From Paragordius varius (taxonomy: Eukaryota > Animalia > Nematomorpha), in assembly GCA_964247055.1 (NCBI GenBank), contig OZ176050.1, positions 14,322,001-14,386,000 of the forward strand: DNA of 64,000 bases, written 5' to 3'. This document shows positions 60,147 to 64,000 of the stretch, piece after piece. Position 1 is the stretch's first letter. The number at the start of each line of letters is the position of its first letter. The notes under the pieces were generated by a model that was given only the letters and a program-made list of their open reading frames with translations, ran no database searches and was not told where the DNA came from. The translations under genes and the position numbers were made by a program.

Positions 60147-61955
60147 ATTACATAATTTGACATCTAAGTAAGCTATGCAAAAAAGAATTTGTCCAAAATG
60201 TTTTAATTAAAAATTAATTATGTCTTTACTATACTGACACTCTGAGGTCGCGCGATCTACAGATAAAAAATTTTTGTGAGATAGTTTTCTTAGTTTTAAC
60301 ATTATCTGTCAAAAAATTATCCAAAAATCTGACTAACTTACAATAATAATAATAATAATAATTAATGCATATTTATTTATATATTTTTATTTATATAAGT
60401 AGCAGTTCATTGATTTAAGATAAGAAGCTATAATATGCCATGGTAAAACAAGTGTTAATATTGTGTTAGTAGAAAATCTAATTAAAAATTTATTTCTCCG
60501 TATAATAATGGGGGTAATATGTAGATGAATTTACCCTAAAACTGACCATTTTGCTATTAAAATAAAAATAAAAACAGCAATACTAAATTTTTGGGTTATA
60601 CATAATTAACTGTACAAATAATGCAAATAAAGTTTACAAAATTGCTTAAATACAAAAGAGTCTGAAACCCTGTGTCCAAAATTCTTAAAACATTGTTTCG
60701 TTTTGTTTCAAAGCAAGTTAGTTTTGAAAGGGTAGTTTTGGAGAGTAAGCAAATATTAACCATCTTTACATAAAACAATCGGACAATGTTTAAAGAGTAA
60801 AGCATTGTTGTTAATCAATAAAATTTAAAATAAAAATTTAAATATAAAAAAAATTACTTGAATATTTTACAGACACTACACTTTAAATTCTCTGATAATC
60901 CTAAATTTGAGAAGGATGAAATGATAAGCGGATAGAGAGGGGGATTTAAGACTGGAATAATCAGTATATGAATAACAAGAAAGGTTAATTCGAATCTAAT
61001 CCGCGCGTGTCAGAATTTAAAAGCGACATTAAAAATGAATGTTTTTACTAATAAAAACTTGGTATTTTATTCGCACAATAAAGAATGGATTATCCGGTTT
61101 TAAAGGCTAAAACTTTACTTATGTGCCTTGTTTTAAAAATTCCAGTAAAAAATTAAGCTAGAAAATAATTTTTGTGGATTTTGAAAAGACTTTAATAAAC
61201 CAATAATAGGTAGCAAAAATAGGTGGTGAATTATAAAAATAAGCAAAATCGGGATAATAAATTCAGGTATTATCAATGAATCTGGAGAAAAAAAATACTC
61301 AATTAAATGACAATTTAATATAAATATGAATGTATATATATAAATGGTATACAAAGTTGCAATTTTATATTAAAGCATTTATAATACTAATAAACAACAA
61401 ATTGTATTATAGTGTTATATAAAAAGGTAATTTTATAATAAATTTAATATATATATAAAATCACTTAGAGAAGATGTATAAATATATATTTTAGTGTGCT
61501 GTTACTGCTTTTTTTTCGATATTGAAATTTGAAAAGAAAAGAACACATAGAAGAATGAATACGTATAAGACAAGTGGGGGAAATGTATAATCAAAAAAAT
61601 AAAAATAAGGAAATGCATTTTATGCCTCTAAAAATTGCAATTCATTTTATAAATACAAATAACAAATACAATGAGTCGAATCTTTTGAGAAAAAAAATTG
61701 ACTAAGAAAATTCCCTATTCCCATCTAACAATACAAATTATCGTTTTTTAAAAATGGGTTGTTTATATATCATTTTCGAATTAGGCAAAAACAATTTAAT
61801 GTACATATAAAATCCAATTTCAAGACTAAAAAAGCTCCAACATTGCACTTCTATATCGATTATTGCATCTAGTATAGTTATGATTGATAGATAGATAGGT
61901 CAGGGTTACAACTTTGTTGTACTTTATATTTTAAATAAAAGTGTCATATACTATG

Positions 61956-61996
<41 letters not shown>

Positions 61997-63725
61997 ATAA
62001 ATAATTGCACAAATATGGAATAGAACCCAATATATATAAAAACCACACTTTTGCAACATTGAAATTCGATAAAATTCCCCATTAGAAGCATTCTGAAACT
62101 TTAAGTTAAGTCGAGCGGAATAATCCGATTAACATTTTCTAAGCAAATAAATATTTTTAGGATTTAAGAAAAAAATATGTTTATTTTTCCGCCAATAAAT
62201 ATGTATATGTGTAAATTGTGCTTGTAGAATTTTTTCCTATTTTATAAATTGCATCTATACTCATATATATATCCTAAATATATTTATATTTTAAAAAATT
62301 TATTTTATAAAATATAATAAAGTTTATTTAAATTAAAATTTATTTTTAATAAAGAACTTATCCGCATATTCGATTCGACATCACAGGTAAAAAATTAGAA
62401 GTTAACTGTCAATCTTTTTTGATTGACGTGTGTATTTATTTTAAGCAATAAAAAAATAAAAAATTTGAAATTATGCATTATTTTTTAAAAAAATATAATT
62501 TAGTGCAGTTTTATATATATCTTGAATTAATTAAAAAAATTTTTAAAATAAATTATAAACCAAAAAAAAATATAAAAAATCTCATTGTTGCGATTTATAA
62601 TTTATAAAAGTTAATTTAACATAAAAAATATTTGATATATATTTATAAATATATATAAATAATCCGTCAAAAGAATTAAAATTGGTCAAAATATTGCCGC
62701 ACACCCACTTAATATATTTTGTGTTTTTGATGTCATAAGCCTCAATAAAAGTATAATTAATCACAAAATAAACTAAATTGCCGAAAATTTTCATATTTTT
62801 ACTTTTTGTTTGAAGTTATTATTACAAATAAAATTGTCAACAATCTATTAATTTTTAATTTTCTCATAGATAAAATGGCGCTGTTCTATATAATGCAAAT
62901 TGCAATATATGAAAAGGGGTGTCCCTATAAAATTAATTACCTGCCTTTAAAAAGCAAAAAATAAGGTAAATTTTGATTACATAATTATTTATATTGAAAA
63001 AATGACATATCAAGTTTATATATTATAAAATGTAGGTAGACTAAAGGGAATCTCAATCGATACAAAAAATGAATTTTTTTTACGTGTTGTTAACACGGTG
63101 AGACAATGTATCTACAAACCTCAATTATTAACAATTTTTTTTTTCATTAAATTTAAAGAATGATTAGATAATTGATGTTTAAAATTTTTGATATATTTTT
63201 TTTAGTTTTGAAATCAACGTTAAGAAAAAAATAGTTTTCTCACGATTTTTAATAAAGTTTTTAGAAACAGCATATATATAGATATTCTAAACCGCATCAC
63301 CTTGAAAAAAAACTAAGTATATTTACTTAATCCTATCAATTATTTTATTGGATACTTAAATTGTCTGGAGAAAATTTTAAAATTATCTTTATTAGTAAAT
63401 AAATTTGCCACAATACTTCTGGTATAGTATTGAAAAAGCTATTGATACAATATATATACATAATAGATTTAAATTTTATTAATTTTCATAAAAAAATTTA
63501 CACCTATATTTTATTATTAAACTTTATTTCAAGAAGACATATTGGGAAATGGTAGGCGTCAAAAATCTGTATAACACTTTTTTTTCAAGGGTTTTTTTAA
63601 ACTACCCCTTAAAAAATGTATCATAAGGACTAGGTTCATTTATAAACTTTTATAAATTATTTATTGTATATGAAAAATCTGACATATATATTTTATAATA
63701 TATTTCATTCTATATTAAGTGGTCA

Positions 63726-63738
<13 letters not shown>

Positions 63739-63762
<24 letters not shown>
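63739..63762. repeat. (TA)n microsatellite, representative of many (e.g. ~3830, 6611, 21780, 30768, 34629, 35362, 39896, 61962)
   Basis: Perfect TA runs read directly from the sequence. Confidence 0.9.
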
Positions 63763-63766
<4 letters not shown>

Positions 63767-64000
63767 TAAAAAGTCTCATTGTCTGGATAGTATACTTAAC
63801 TTTCATCTTTCTTTTGACATTTAAAACCTTGAAAATTAAATAAAATAGTTTTTTTTTTCATTTTTTGTTAAAATCACATTTTCCCCAACAAAAAAAAACA
63901 GTTAAAATTTTATTTTCATAATATAATTTTTAAATAATATAATTGGAAAAAACAGAATTAATATTTTACACCAGAGAAGGATTAAACTATAGACTTATTA

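Noticed and set aside
1-64000. tRNA, rRNA or spliceosomal snRNA genes
   Set aside because: No cloverleaf, T-loop GTTCRA in a tRNA context or recognisable rRNA/snRNA sequence found by eye; a tRNAscan or Rfam run would be needed to exclude divergent ones.

Overview
Very AT-rich, intron-containing animal (bilaterian invertebrate) genomic DNA; the species cannot be identified from sequence alone. Six protein-coding loci could be assembled exon by exon with consistent splice phases: (1) the 3' part of a reprolysin/ADAMTS-type (M12B) zinc metalloprotease that stops right after its catalytic domain (+, 361-5484); (2) TMED10/p24-delta (-, 5869-8085); (3) a Dmrt93B-like DM-domain factor ending in WRPF (+, 19652-21661); (4) a 19-exon EHBP1-like gene (+, 29562-48152); (5) an intronless orphan with a signal peptide (+, 50614-51750); (6) Otx/orthodenticle (-, 52641-59388). 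The rest is dense in mobile DNA: a near-full-length frameshifted RTE LINE, older LINE relics, two Mos1-like mariner relics, two inverted Helitron-like elements with internal ~310-bp repeats, two piggyBac-like MITE families and at least four TA-flanked palindromic MITE families. Two observations stand out. First, a complete type I hammerhead ribozyme with a long extended stem I lies antisense inside the homeobox intron of Otx (54477-54576). Second, three obligatory 25-26-nt GT-AG micro-introns at conserved positions coexist with kilobase-scale introns in the same genes. All homology calls come from reading translations by eye, not from database searches; repeat boundaries are approximate.
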